A program made the translations under genes and the position numbers. From an uncultured cyanobacterium (lineage in GTDB: Bacteria; Cyanobacteriota; Cyanobacteriia; Cyanobacteriales; Nostocaceae): 64,000 nt of DNA. A model generated the notes under the pieces. It was not told the DNA's origin. It saw nothing but the letters and a program-made list of their open reading frames with translations, and did no database searches. The stretch spans positions 544,001 through 608,000 of the forward strand of contig CAVUDP010000004.1 of assembly GCA_963740315.1 (NCBI GenBank), in the 5' to 3' direction. Of the stretch, positions 39,959 to 49,771 are shown in pieces. Position 1 is the first letter of the stretch; every line of letters starts with the position of its first letter.

Positions 39959-40723
39959 ATGAATTTCACCACACCTTTATATAACCTCAACCCCTTAAAT
40001 CGCTTCTCGGATAAAGCAGAAAACTATACAAAATATCGTCCTATTTATCCAGATGCAGTAATTAACAAAATACTGGAAAATTTAACTTCACAAAATCAAC
40101 TTGTCGCGGCGGATATTGGTGCTGGTACGGGAATTTCTGCGCGTCAATTAGCAAAACGTGGTGTAAATGTAATTGCAATTGAACCAAATTCAGCCATGAG
40201 AGAAGCGGCTGAAAATCATCAAAATGTAGAGTGGAAAATTGGAACAGCGTCAGCGACTAATTTACCCGATGCATCGGTTGATTTAATAACTTGTTTTCAA
40301 GCTTTTCACTGGTTCAAACCGGAAGCAACTTTATTAGAATTTCGCCGGATTCTTAAACCACAAGGAAGATTAGCGATAGTTTTTCAAGATATCAACCGCG
40401 ATGATGAATTTACAAAAGCTTATGGTGAAATAATTAGTAAAGCTGCAAATAATCGTCCACCGACGGATTTTAGTTCTAAGATTGAACCTTTGCGAGAAAG
40501 TTCGGATTTTAAATATATTGATTGCTATAAATTTCCTTATAAACAAGAATTAGATTTATCAAGTTTAATTGGACTTGCTAAAAGTGTTTCGTTTATTTCG
40601 TCAGAAGAAACTGTACAAACGCAACTTGTTTACGATCTAGAAAATTTGCATCAGCGCTTTTGTAATTCAGATGGTTTCGTTTATCTTGTTTATCGTAATA
40701 GCGTATATTTGGCTCGTTCGTAG
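39959..40723 (+). CDS. Class I SAM-dependent methyltransferase
   Basis: DIGAGTG, IEPN and QAFHWF motifs; ATG at 39959 aligns with the paralog start. Confidence 0.9.
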   Translation: MNFTTPLYNLNPLNRFSDKAENYTKYRPIYPDAVINKILENLTSQNQLVAADIGAGTGISARQLAKRGVNVIAIEPNSAMREAAENHQNVEWKIGTASATNLPDASVDLITCFQAFHWFKPEATLLEFRRILKPQGRLAIVFQDINRDDEFTKAYGEIISKAANNRPPTDFSSKIEPLRESSDFKYIDCYKFPYKQELDLSSLIGLAKSVSFISSEETVQTQLVYDLENLHQRFCNSDGFVYLVYRNSVYLARS

Positions 40724-40770
40724 TAAGGACTTTAGTCCTGATTCTAAGCGATAAATCGCTTACTACGAAC
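40716..40770. repeat. GTAG palindromic repeat overlapping a stop codon
   Basis: GTTCGTAGTAAG ... CTTACTACGAAC with internal hairpins AGGACT/AGTCCT and AGCGAT/ATCGCT. Confidence 0.8.
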
Positions 40771-40876
40771 CAATGCTTGATTGCATTAGTTTAATGGGTT
40801 ATATATATTTTGTAGTGCGAGCATCTTGCTCGCTCGATACTACTTGCGAGCATCTTGCTCGCACTACCTAATTAAA

Positions 40877-41662
40877 ATGACCGAAACTAACAACGAATTA
40901 ACGCCATTACATACACTCAATCCTTTAAATCGATTTTCCGATAGAGTCGAAGATTATGCAAAATATCGTCCCAGTTATCCAGCAGCAGCAATCGATCGAA
41001 TCCTCGAAAATTTAACCTTACCCATCAATGCAGCGGATATTGGAGCGGGTACCGGAATTTCTTCGCGGTTGTTAGCCTCAAAGGGTGTTCAAGTAATTGC
41101 GATCGAACCAAATGCGGAGATGAGAAACGCGGGAATTAGAGATGCGACATCTTTGGTGGAATGGCAAGATGGAACCGCAGAAAATACTAATTTACCAGAC
41201 GCATCAATTGATTTAGTAACTTGTTTTCAAGCTTTTCACTGGTTTACTCCCGAACCAACTTTAGCGGAATTTCGTCGCATTTTGAAACCGAAAGGAAGAT
41301 TAGCGGTAGTGTGGAATAATCGCGATCGCAACGACGAATTCACCGCAGAATATAGCCGAATAGTTCGCGCAGCATCGAACAATCATCCCGCAGAATCGCG
41401 GATGAAATCGCTAGAACCTTTAACAGAAACTACCTATTTTAATAATTTTAAAGAATATACTTTTGTTTATCAACAAGAGTTAGATAAAAGCGGACTTATT
41501 GGACGTGCAAAGAGTGTTTCTTATCTTCCGAGTCAGGGGGAAGCTTACGAACAAGTTATTTCGGATTTAGAAAATTTATATCAGCGATTTCATAACGAAC
41601 AAGGTTTTGTTTACATGACTTATTGTACTAGCGTACATCTTGGCGAGCCAGTTATCAATTAA
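40877..41662 (+). CDS. Class I SAM-dependent methyltransferase (tandem paralog)
   Basis: Same motifs as the upstream gene (LNPLNRFSD, DIGAGTG, QAFHWF); ATG at 40877. Confidence 0.9.
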   Translation: MTETNNELTPLHTLNPLNRFSDRVEDYAKYRPSYPAAAIDRILENLTLPINAADIGAGTGISSRLLASKGVQVIAIEPNAEMRNAGIRDATSLVEWQDGTAENTNLPDASIDLVTCFQAFHWFTPEPTLAEFRRILKPKGRLAVVWNNRDRNDEFTAEYSRIVRAASNNHPAESRMKSLEPLTETTYFNNFKEYTFVYQQELDKSGLIGRAKSVSYLPSQGEAYEQVISDLENLYQRFHNEQGFVYMTYCTSVHLGEPVIN

Positions 41663-41826
41663 CAATTAACAATTATCAATTAAAAAATGTAGGCTGTGTT
41701 AGACGGAACGTCGTAACGCACCATTTTACATTAATTTGTTGCGTTAAACTTATATATAAAGTTGGATAGGTTAACTTAAATAGATAACCTATTTTTTTAT
41801 ATGTAAAAATCACAATAATTTTAACA

Positions 41827-42747
41827 ATGCCAAAAGCACAATATGAATATTATTGCATCAACACCCCAACCAAATTAGTTAAAGAAGTATTCGGAGATAT
41901 TAACGTTTATACGCAAAATGCCAAATCTTTGCTAACAAAAGCAAGTGGTTTTATTAGTGCTTATGACTTTACTTTAAATCCTTATCGTGGCTGTCAATAT
42001 GGCTGTAGTTATTGTTATGCTGCGGCTTTTAGTCCTAATTCAAAAATGCGCGATGATTGGGGAAAATGGGTGATTATCAAGCAAAATGCGGCAGAAATTT
42101 TAGAAAAGGAGTTAGAAAGATGGTGTAAAAAAAATCCCGATAAACCTCCTCGAATCTATATGAGTAGCGTTACAGATCCATATCAACCAATCGAATCGAA
42201 GCATGAATTAACTCGTTCTTTGTTAGATGTAATGTATCCTTACCGTCCAATATTAGTAATCCAAACTCGCAGCCCGATTATTACTAGAGATATTGATATT
42301 TTACAGCGATTTAAGCACCTGCGAGTTAATATGAGTATCCCAACTGGAAGTGAATCTGTAAGACGAGATTTTGAACCGCGATCGCCAAGTGTTAAAGCCA
42401 GATTAAATGCAATTACAAAAGTTAAGCAAAGCATCGATTCTGATAAAGGTTTTATTCCCAAGGTTTCGATTACAATTACACCTTTGCTTCCGACTTTAGA
42501 GAAAGACGAAGCCGCTTTTATTGAAAAGCTAAAAATAGCAGATAGAGTCGTAATTCAGGATTTTCACCCTAGCCAAAATCGTTCGCTTGTTGCTACAACC
42601 CGTGAAGAAACAGAAGAAATTAAGCAGAAATACGCTTGGTGGTACGACACAGAAAAACTAAGCTATATAAGATTCAAAGAAAAATTAATGTCCGAACTTC
42701 CTAATGTAGAAATAAGGGAAGGAAAAGACGGTTTTGGCTATGATTAA
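41827..42747 (+). CDS. Radical SAM protein (spore photoproduct lyase-like family)
   Basis: NPYRGCQYGCSYCYA CxxxCxxC motif; SSVTDPYQPIE; FEPRSPS. Confidence 0.88.
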   Translation: MPKAQYEYYCINTPTKLVKEVFGDINVYTQNAKSLLTKASGFISAYDFTLNPYRGCQYGCSYCYAAAFSPNSKMRDDWGKWVIIKQNAAEILEKELERWCKKNPDKPPRIYMSSVTDPYQPIESKHELTRSLLDVMYPYRPILVIQTRSPIITRDIDILQRFKHLRVNMSIPTGSESVRRDFEPRSPSVKARLNAITKVKQSIDSDKGFIPKVSITITPLLPTLEKDEAAFIEKLKIADRVVIQDFHPSQNRSLVATTREETEEIKQKYAWWYDTEKLSYIRFKEKLMSELPNVEIREGKDGFGYD

Positions 42748-44050
42748 ACTTATATCTAATTGGTGGCGTTCTTTTCAGTTTAAATTAGCTTTGCAACAAG
42801 GTAACAAGCTTCAAGCAATAAAGTTGTTGCGAGTAATTGAAAAATCCGGTGCAAGATTATCTTATTTAGAAAAATTATTTAGAGATAAATTACAGCTTGA
42901 AGATTCTGCAAAACAATATAAACAAGAAACAGCAATTTTAAGCGGAAAACTCAATACTGCATTGCAGGAATTAGAACAAAAACCGGCTATTGAAAATAAA
43001 CCTAATCTTACATTAACTCCAGAGCAAGAATTTATTAATTTTATTTACAAAACATTTAATTTAATTCAACATGATGATAATAAATTACAATGCACTGGAA
43101 TAGATGAAAGAATATTTGATGATTTTGAAGCTCAATTAGTTGAGTATCTCAAAAGTGAATTTAGTAGAATCCCGGATAAACAGCTAATAGTTAAACTCGA
43201 AGATGCTTTAGAAGATATTAATAGTTTAAAGTGTGGAAAAGACCCAGACTATCGTTTTAGTTTGACTCCCCACGTTTATTACATGAAGTATTTTCTAGAA
43301 AATGTATATTGCATTTACTTAGCTTGGTTTTTAATTTACGAATCTGGATTATTACCTACTAATATTAACATTTTAGATATTGCAGCAGGACCGGGAACAG
43401 TTGCTTATGGTTTGGCTTTGTTTTTGCAAAGTACCAGCGGCTTTTTTAAACCACAGATGCATATCTCTTACTACTCGTTAGAAAAGCAAGATGCATTTCA
43501 ATTTCGAGGTTTGCAGTTTTGGAGAAGGTATATCGAATCGCGCAAAAGTGCCGTTAATGCTTTCTTTCGGTTCGTAACTACAGATATATTTAGTTGGGAT
43601 AAGCGATCGAGTAATATACCAGCAGATTTCTTTGATTTCGTTGTGATTTCTCACTGTTTTTTTAACGATTCTGCAAGAAGTTGTCAAGCAAACAGTATTT
43701 ATAAACAAATAATTGATAACAGTTTGAAAGAAGAGGGTTACGCGCTTTTAATTCTTCAAGACAAAAAGTTATATAAAGGTTATGATGCCTATCAATGTGA
43801 AGATCGCGAACAAGAAAAAAGATTGATAAATAAATTTATGGAAGAATTAGGATTAGAGCTAGTATGGTATAAATATTTAACATCTACAGGTTTAAGAAGT
43901 CCTTTAAAAGGTGCTGAATTTGCTAAGTTTGCTCAAGAAAAATTACATAAGCAACTTTATATGAGTCAAATACTTCAAAAGTATTTAAATCAGAAGTTTC
44001 AATCATGCTATACGTTAGATGATTATGTAATTTTAGCTAAAAAATCTTAA
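42740..44050 (+). CDS. Hypothetical protein with SAM methyltransferase-like C-terminal domain
   Basis: N-terminal coiled coil; ILDIAAGPGT motif I; FDFVVISH; start overlaps the upstream stop (ATGATTAA). Confidence 0.7.
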   Translation: MIKLISNWWRSFQFKLALQQGNKLQAIKLLRVIEKSGARLSYLEKLFRDKLQLEDSAKQYKQETAILSGKLNTALQELEQKPAIENKPNLTLTPEQEFINFIYKTFNLIQHDDNKLQCTGIDERIFDDFEAQLVEYLKSEFSRIPDKQLIVKLEDALEDINSLKCGKDPDYRFSLTPHVYYMKYFLENVYCIYLAWFLIYESGLLPTNINILDIAAGPGTVAYGLALFLQSTSGFFKPQMHISYYSLEKQDAFQFRGLQFWRRYIESRKSAVNAFFRFVTTDIFSWDKRSSNIPADFFDFVVISHCFFNDSARSCQANSIYKQIIDNSLKEEGYALLILQDKKLYKGYDAYQCEDREQEKRLINKFMEELGLELVWYKYLTSTGLRSPLKGAEFAKFAQEKLHKQLYMSQILQKYLNQKFQSCYTLDDYVILAKKS

Positions 44051-44141
44051 TCTATATATTTTATCCTTCTAAATTCGCACAGAAAGTTTTTAAGTAAATA
44101 TTTATGCTTTGATAAAATAAACAACCAATTTGGCAACGGTA

Positions 44142-45011
44142 ATGCAACAACCCTGCCGAGAAGCAGAATCTTCTATAAGCTGGCATGGAAAACTGAATTT
44201 AGTTTATAACCATAGCCGAAATAAAACTACATTAATTCAAAGCCAAAACCAAGCCCCGCTAAAAGTACAGCGTCCATTTTATCCTGAAGGAAAATCGGTT
44301 TGTCATAGCGTAATTTTACACACCGCTGGGGGAATTGTCGGTGGCGATCGCCTATCATCCAACTTCCACCTCCAACCCCACGCAAAAGCATTAATTACCA
44401 CAGCCGCAGCTAACAAAATTTATCGTAGTAACGGTTTACAAGCCAGACAAAATATAGACATCAAAGTTGATAATTGTGCTTATTTAGAATGGCTTCCCCA
44501 AGAAACAATCGTCTTTAACGACGCAAATTATCGGCAAGATATACGCATAGAATTAGCGGATTATGCCAACTTTATCGGCTGGGAAATTACCAGATTTGGG
44601 CGCACCGCTAGAGGTGAGAAATTTGTTAAGGGAGAATGGCGCAGTAACACCGAAATTTGGCAAAATAACAAACCATTATGGATTGACAGACAATATTTAC
44701 CCGGTAGCGAAGAAGTTTTTCATAGTCCCCACGGTTTAGCTGGAAAACCAATTGTAGGTACTTTAGTTTACCTCGGACAAACCGTTTCCACAGAAATAGT
44801 CCAACAAGCACGCAATTTCATCCCCCCTTCTCCCCCTTTCCCCTTCCCCCCATCTTCTTACGGTGTGACTCGTTTAGAAAATGGACTTTTGTGTAGATAC
44901 CGTGGTGATTCGACAACCGAAGTGAGAAACTGGTTTATTAGTGTTTGGCAGCTATTGCGGATGTCTTTTTTAAATCGCGATCGCTGTTTACCAAGAGTTT
45001 GGATGCTTTGA
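44142..45011 (+). CDS. ureD: Urease accessory protein UreD
   Basis: PLKVQRPFYPEG, HTAGGIVGGD, EWLPQETI and C-terminal PRVW motifs. Confidence 0.95.
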   Translation: MQQPCREAESSISWHGKLNLVYNHSRNKTTLIQSQNQAPLKVQRPFYPEGKSVCHSVILHTAGGIVGGDRLSSNFHLQPHAKALITTAAANKIYRSNGLQARQNIDIKVDNCAYLEWLPQETIVFNDANYRQDIRIELADYANFIGWEITRFGRTARGEKFVKGEWRSNTEIWQNNKPLWIDRQYLPGSEEVFHSPHGLAGKPIVGTLVYLGQTVSTEIVQQARNFIPPSPPFPFPPSSYGVTRLENGLLCRYRGDSTTEVRNWFISVWQLLRMSFLNRDRCLPRVWML

Positions 45012-45113
45012 AAATTTCAATTAAAACCTCTTTTTACCCCATTCCCTGCTCCGGGAAGGGGAGTTAAGTTTCCCAGATTTAGACACTATTAGCACAAAAA
45101 TGGAGAAAAAAGA

Positions 45114-45416
45114 ATGCAATTGACACCACAAGAAAAGGATAAATTATTAATTTTTACCGCTGCATTATTAGCAGAAAGACGCAAAGCAAGGGGTGTAAAA
45201 TTAAATTATCCCGAATCGATCGCTTTTATTACTGCTGCAATTTTAGAAGGTGCAAGAGATGGACAAACTGTAGCTGAATTAATGAGTTTTGGAACAACTT
45301 TATTAACTCAAGATGATGTCATGGAAGGTATCGCGGAAATGATTCCAGAAGTACAGGTAGAAGCGACTTTTCCCGACGGCACAAAACTAGTAACCGTCCA
45401 TAATCCAATTCAATAA
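45114..45416 (+). CDS. ureA: Urease gamma subunit
   Basis: [11 protein letters not shown]...[17 protein letters not shown]. Confidence 0.97.
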   Translation: MQLTPQEKDKLLIFTAALLAERRKARGVKLNYPESIAFITAAILEGARDGQTVAELMSFGTTLLTQDDVMEGIAEMIPEVQVEATFPDGTKLVTVHNPIQ

Positions 45417-45509
45417 ATTTTAAATTTTAGATTATTACACTGAAATAACAATTAGAAAGAGAATGTTTTCTTAATTCACTATTACCAATTACCTATTACC
45501 ATTTTTATT

Positions 45510-45815
45510 ATGATTCCAGGTGAAATAATTACCCCAGAAGGCGACATTGAATTAAACGCAGGTCTTTCCACCATACAATTAAAAGTAGCAAATACAGGAG
45601 ATAGACCTATACAAATAGGTTCCCATTTCCACTTTTACGAAGTCAACCCCGCATTAAACTTCGATAGAGAAACCACACGAGGAATGCGTCTTAATATCCC
45701 CGCAGGAACAGCCGTTAGATTTGAACCAGGAGACGAAAAAGAAGTTACCTTAGTACCCCTTGCTGGTAGTCGTCAAGTTTACGGATTCAACGCCAAAATA
45801 AACGGGAAATTGTAG
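45510..45815 (+). CDS. ureB: Urease beta subunit
   Basis: MIPGE...[15 protein letters not shown]...GTAVRFEPG. Confidence 0.97.
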   Translation: MIPGEIITPEGDIELNAGLSTIQLKVANTGDRPIQIGSHFHFYEVNPALNFDRETTRGMRLNIPAGTAVRFEPGDEKEVTLVPLAGSRQVYGFNAKINGKL

Positions 45816-46316
45816 AGACATGATAGATCGCGTCTCTATATGTTTCGTAATGGTAAGCAAGTACAAATAGCCGATTTAGATAACCTCAAGCCATTAATGT
45901 AAATACTTTTCCTCTCTGCGTACCCTCTGCGCTTATCTTAGCGTCCCTTTGCGTTAAAAAAAAAGACCTCTACGTCCTACAATGTTCGTACTTTTAACAA
46001 GTTTGAATTGCCATTTATGAAATAAATATACTAATTTAGATACTTCTAAACCAACATTTATCATAAATACTTAAAAATAAACTCCGCATCATCCCTTAGA
46101 CAACTAACCGCGTAATATCACCTTTCATCCGTGTATCTGCACTGGCAGCAAACACTGAAACGATGCTAATTTAGCAACACGAATGAAACTTTTGTTACTT
46201 CTTTATAGGGTGCATTGACAGGTTTAGTATATATAGCCCCATCCACAATCGGATGAGGGTAATTTCGCGTAACAAAGATTCATCCCTTCTAACAAATTCA
46301 ACGCGAAAAATATCAA

Positions 46317-48494
46317 ATGACTTTTGAAAAAACTGTTAATAAATTTATCACGACCGAAGCAATAAAATCCGGAACGGAATCCGGCGAACAAAAAATATGG
46401 GACGCTGTTAAAAATACTTTTGCCGATCGAAACTGTATCGGCTATTGGCGATATCCAATTTTCTCGAAGGTAGGCGAAATTCGTAAGGAACCCGATATTC
46501 TTGTTGTCGATCGCGAATTTGGTTTAACTGTAGTTGAAATTCTGCCAGTTACTATTGACCAAATAAGCACTATTAGCGATCGCAATTGGCTATTACAAAA
46601 CTTCCGAACAGCCGAAGCGTCTCCATCTCAATTAGCAGAACAACAAATACGCGCAATAATAGCATATACCGACCGAGAACCGGCTATTTGGCGTAAAGTT
46701 AACGGTAGAGTTATTGTTGCACTACCTCTAATTACTCAAGAACAGTGGCAGCAAAGAGGATTTGACCAACTACCTAACTGTCCTACAATTATTTTTCAAG
46801 ATCAATTAACTAAAGCTGCTTTACTCGAACGCATTCAACAAACTTCTCCTTTAGTACCTGGAGAAAACTTAGAAGATAAAGATTGGGAATTACTGCTTTC
46901 GGTAATTGGTGGAACTCCAGTACTTCGTAAACCTCAGCGCGATATTGCTGTTAGTGGTAAAACCCGCGCTAGCGTCATGGATGCTTTGCGTCAAAAGTTA
47001 TATGAAATAGATTTACAGCAAGAACATATTGGTAAAGAAATTCCCCCCGGACCTCAACGTATCCGTGGTATTGCGGGTTCTGGTAAAACTGTGTTGCTGT
47101 GTCAAAAAGCGGCGCATATGCATTTGAAGCACCCCGATTGGGATATTGCTTTGGTGTTTTTCACTCGCTCTTTATACGACTTAACGATCGCTTTATTAGA
47201 CCAGTGGATGCGTCGTTTTAGCGGTGGAGATTTACAATATGACCCCAAAACCAATTTAAAATTGCGGGTGCTTCATGCTTGGGGTGCGAAAGAACAACCG
47301 GGTTTATATGGCACAATTTGCGAATACCACGGTAAAAGACGCGGAACGGTTGTGGATACCAATCAAGGACAACCAAATCGAGGTTTAGCCGAGTTATGCA
47401 AGCGGTTGCAGGAAGAAACCACAATTAAGCCGATGTTTGACGCTATCTTGATTGATGAAGGTCAAGATTTAGTTGCTGACGAAAATTTAAAATATCAAGA
47501 TAAACAAGCAATTTACTGGTTAGCTTATCAAGCTTTACGACCTGCAAGCGAAGAAACGCCAGAAGAAAAGCGGTTAATTTGGGCTTACGATGAAGCGCAA
47601 AGTCTTGATAGTTTAGTTGTACCAAAAGCTAAAGAAGTATTTGGAGAAGAATTAAGCAACCTTTTGAACAAACAGCCACAATATCCCGGTGGAATCAAAC
47701 GTTCGGAAGTAATGCGCCACTGTTACCGCACTCCCGGACCAATTTTAACCGCAGCCCACGCTATTGGTATGGGTTTGCTGCGCGGTGAGGGAATGCTTTC
47801 TGGTATTACTAATAAAAAAGATTGGGACAGAATCGGTTATGAAGTCCAAGGTGATTTTAGAAAAGTCGGAGAGCCAATCACCATAGTGCGATCGCCACAA
47901 TTTTCTCCCAACCCAATTCCCGAACTTTGGGGAGAACCCGTACTAGAATTTAAAACCTATAATTCTCGTGAGGAAGAATTAACGGCTTTATCTGAGAACA
48001 TCATGCACAATATTGTTAATGATGGTCTTAATCCCAGTCGCGATATTTTGGTAATAGTGTTGGGTTCTAATTCCGAAGCGATAGAGCTAGAAAGAAAAGT
48101 TGCCGGTTTTTTAATGGATCAAAATATTGACGTTTACATTCCCACTGCTAAAATATTAAACGACTTGTATCCAGAATATCCTAATAACGACCCCGATAAA
48201 TTCTGGCATGACGATGGCGTTACAGTGTCTCGTATCAACCGCGCTAAAGGACATGAAGCGGATATGGTTTATGTAGTCGGCTTTGATAAAGTCGCTCGTA
48301 ACGAGAATGATATGAATCATCGTAACCAATTGTTTGTAGCCTTAACTAGGGCGCGTGGTTGGGCTTCTCTGAGCGGTGTAGGGAATTATCCGATGTATGA
48401 TGAAATGCGGCGAGTAATTACTAGTGGCAATACTTTTACCTTTACTTACAAACGTCCACCGAAGCGCGATATTGGAGATGGGGAGGATGTTTAG
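46317..48494 (+). CDS. NERD-like nuclease domain + superfamily I (UvrD-like) helicase
   Basis: N-terminal EPDILVV...VE; Walker A GIAGSGKT; IDEGQD; YDEAQS; YRT; AKGHEAD; LFVALTRAR. Confidence 0.85.
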   Translation: MTFEKTVNKFITTEAIKSGTESGEQKIWDAVKNTFADRNCIGYWRYPIFSKVGEIRKEPDILVVDREFGLTVVEILPVTIDQISTISDRNWLLQNFRTAEASPSQLAEQQIRAIIAYTDREPAIWRKVNGRVIVALPLITQEQWQQRGFDQLPNCPTIIFQDQLTKAALLERIQQTSPLVPGENLEDKDWELLLSVIGGTPVLRKPQRDIAVSGKTRASVMDALRQKLYEIDLQQEHIGKEIPPGPQRIRGIAGSGKTVLLCQKAAHMHLKHPDWDIALVFFTRSLYDLTIALLDQWMRRFSGGDLQYDPKTNLKLRVLHAWGAKEQPGLYGTICEYHGKRRGTVVDTNQGQPNRGLAELCKRLQEETTIKPMFDAILIDEGQDLVADENLKYQDKQAIYWLAYQALRPASEETPEEKRLIWAYDEAQSLDSLVVPKAKEVFGEELSNLLNKQPQYPGGIKRSEVMRHCYRTPGPILTAAHAIGMGLLRGEGMLSGITNKKDWDRIGYEVQGDFRKVGEPITIVRSPQFSPNPIPELWGEPVLEFKTYNSREEELTALSENIMHNIVNDGLNPSRDILVIVLGSNSEAIELERKVAGFLMDQNIDVYIPTAKILNDLYPEYPNNDPDKFWHDDGVTVSRINRAKGHEADMVYVVGFDKVARNENDMNHRNQLFVALTRARGWASLSGVGNYPMYDEMRRVITSGNTFTFTYKRPPKRDIGDGEDV

Positions 48495-48520
48495 AAATTT
48501 CTGAGTTAAACTAAGAAAAA

Positions 48521-48556
48521 TGCTAAGGGGGCGGGCTTAAACCGCCCTCTTTAGCA
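48521..48556. terminator. GC-rich hairpin after the helicase gene
   Basis: TGCTAAGGGGGCGG / CCGCCCTCTTTAGCA imperfect IR. Confidence 0.5.
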
Positions 48557-49003
48557 GAGGAACGCTAATGTGTAAAGTACCATGATATTTCAGGCGAGTG
48601 CGTCCGCATTATTCCTGAAATATCTCACCGCTAGTTTAGTAACCATCCGTGGTTATACAGTCAGAAGATATAATTGTTAGTGGTTAGTAGTTAGTTTTTA
48701 ATTGCTTGAATTTTTTGTAGGTATAGCTTTTAGGCGATTTATTTGCCTAATTCGCTGTAAATCTAAACAGCTTTTTCTATTTTCTTATACTTGTATACTT
48801 TTTTAATTGTTCGCAATTAGAGCAGGTTATCTGGTAATATTCACTTCTGTTAAAAAATCTTTACAGTAATTTGCTTAATCGATTTGCGAGAAAATTTTAT
48901 TTTGATATAGAGCTACGAATATTAAAGTAATCTCAAACTGCTAACGAAACGGATGTCAGTTCGAGATTACTTTATGCTTTGTGGGATTAGTTTTTTGTAT
49001 TAA

Positions 49004-49216
49004 TTACTCTTCTACCACTTCAACTAATTCCTCAATCATCACATCGAATGTACGGGCTAATTTCCGAATAGCAGTAAAATCAACCATCGTCATTCCAGGA
49101 GAGCGAGCGTAAGTTCTCAAAGTGCTATAAACAACTCCAGAACGGTCAGATACATCTTTGAGTGTCCAACCTTTCTCAGCGGCAAGCTCTCTAACTTTTA
49201 ACCTAATTATTCCCAT
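49004..49216 (-). CDS. XRE/Cro-C1 HTH regulator (70 aa)
   Basis: LKVRELAAEKGWTLKDVSDRSGVVYSTL HTH pattern. Confidence 0.85.
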   Translation of the reverse strand: MGIIRLKVRELAAEKGWTLKDVSDRSGVVYSTLRTYARSPGMTMVDFTAIRKLARTFDVMIEELVEVVEE

Positions 49217-49301
49217 AATTTATTAAACCAAACAATTTATATTAGTTTGATTAACTTTATTGTTTAAATATTGACTCGTTAAATAAATTAATTAAAAGGG
49301 C

Positions 49302-49514
49302 TTACTCTTCCACCACTTCGACTAAATCCTCTATCATCACATCAAATACACGAGCTAGCTTTTGAATCGCAGTAAAATCAACGCTTCCCATTCCTGGAGA
49401 ACGTGCATAAGCTCTAACCGTGCTATAGACTAACCCAGAACGGTCTGACACATCTTTAAGCGTCCAACCTTTCTCATTAGCAAATTCTCTGATTCTTAAT
49501 CTAACAATCCCCAT
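49302..49514 (-). CDS. XRE/Cro-C1 HTH regulator (70 aa, tandem paralog)
   Basis: Colinear and highly similar to 49004-49216. Confidence 0.85.
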   Translation of the reverse strand: MGIVRLRIREFANEKGWTLKDVSDRSGLVYSTVRAYARSPGMGSVDFTAIQKLARVFDVMIEDLVEVVEE

Positions 49515-49518
49515 TACA

Positions 49519-49551
49519 CACTTGACAAGTGATACCTTGTTATCATTTAAT
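49519..49551. promoter_or_regulatory. Palindromic operator-like sites overlapping a TTGACA -35 element
   Basis: CACTTG-A-CAAGTG (49519-49531) contains TTGACA; TGATA-N6-TATCA (49530-49545). Confidence 0.5.
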
Positions 49552-49771
49552 ATTTATATTCTATCAAAAATAAATGATTACCCTTCACAATAACAGAAAA
49601 AGGGTAATCACAATAAGTAAAATTCCAAATCCCGAAAACAAAGTGCATCACCAGATTCCTCCTACTAGCAATAGGGCTTATCTGGTAACTGATGCATCTA
49701 CTACTGCATACAGGATTCATCTAATACTGCTTGCAGGTTTCATTTACTATTGCTTACAGGATTTATCTACC

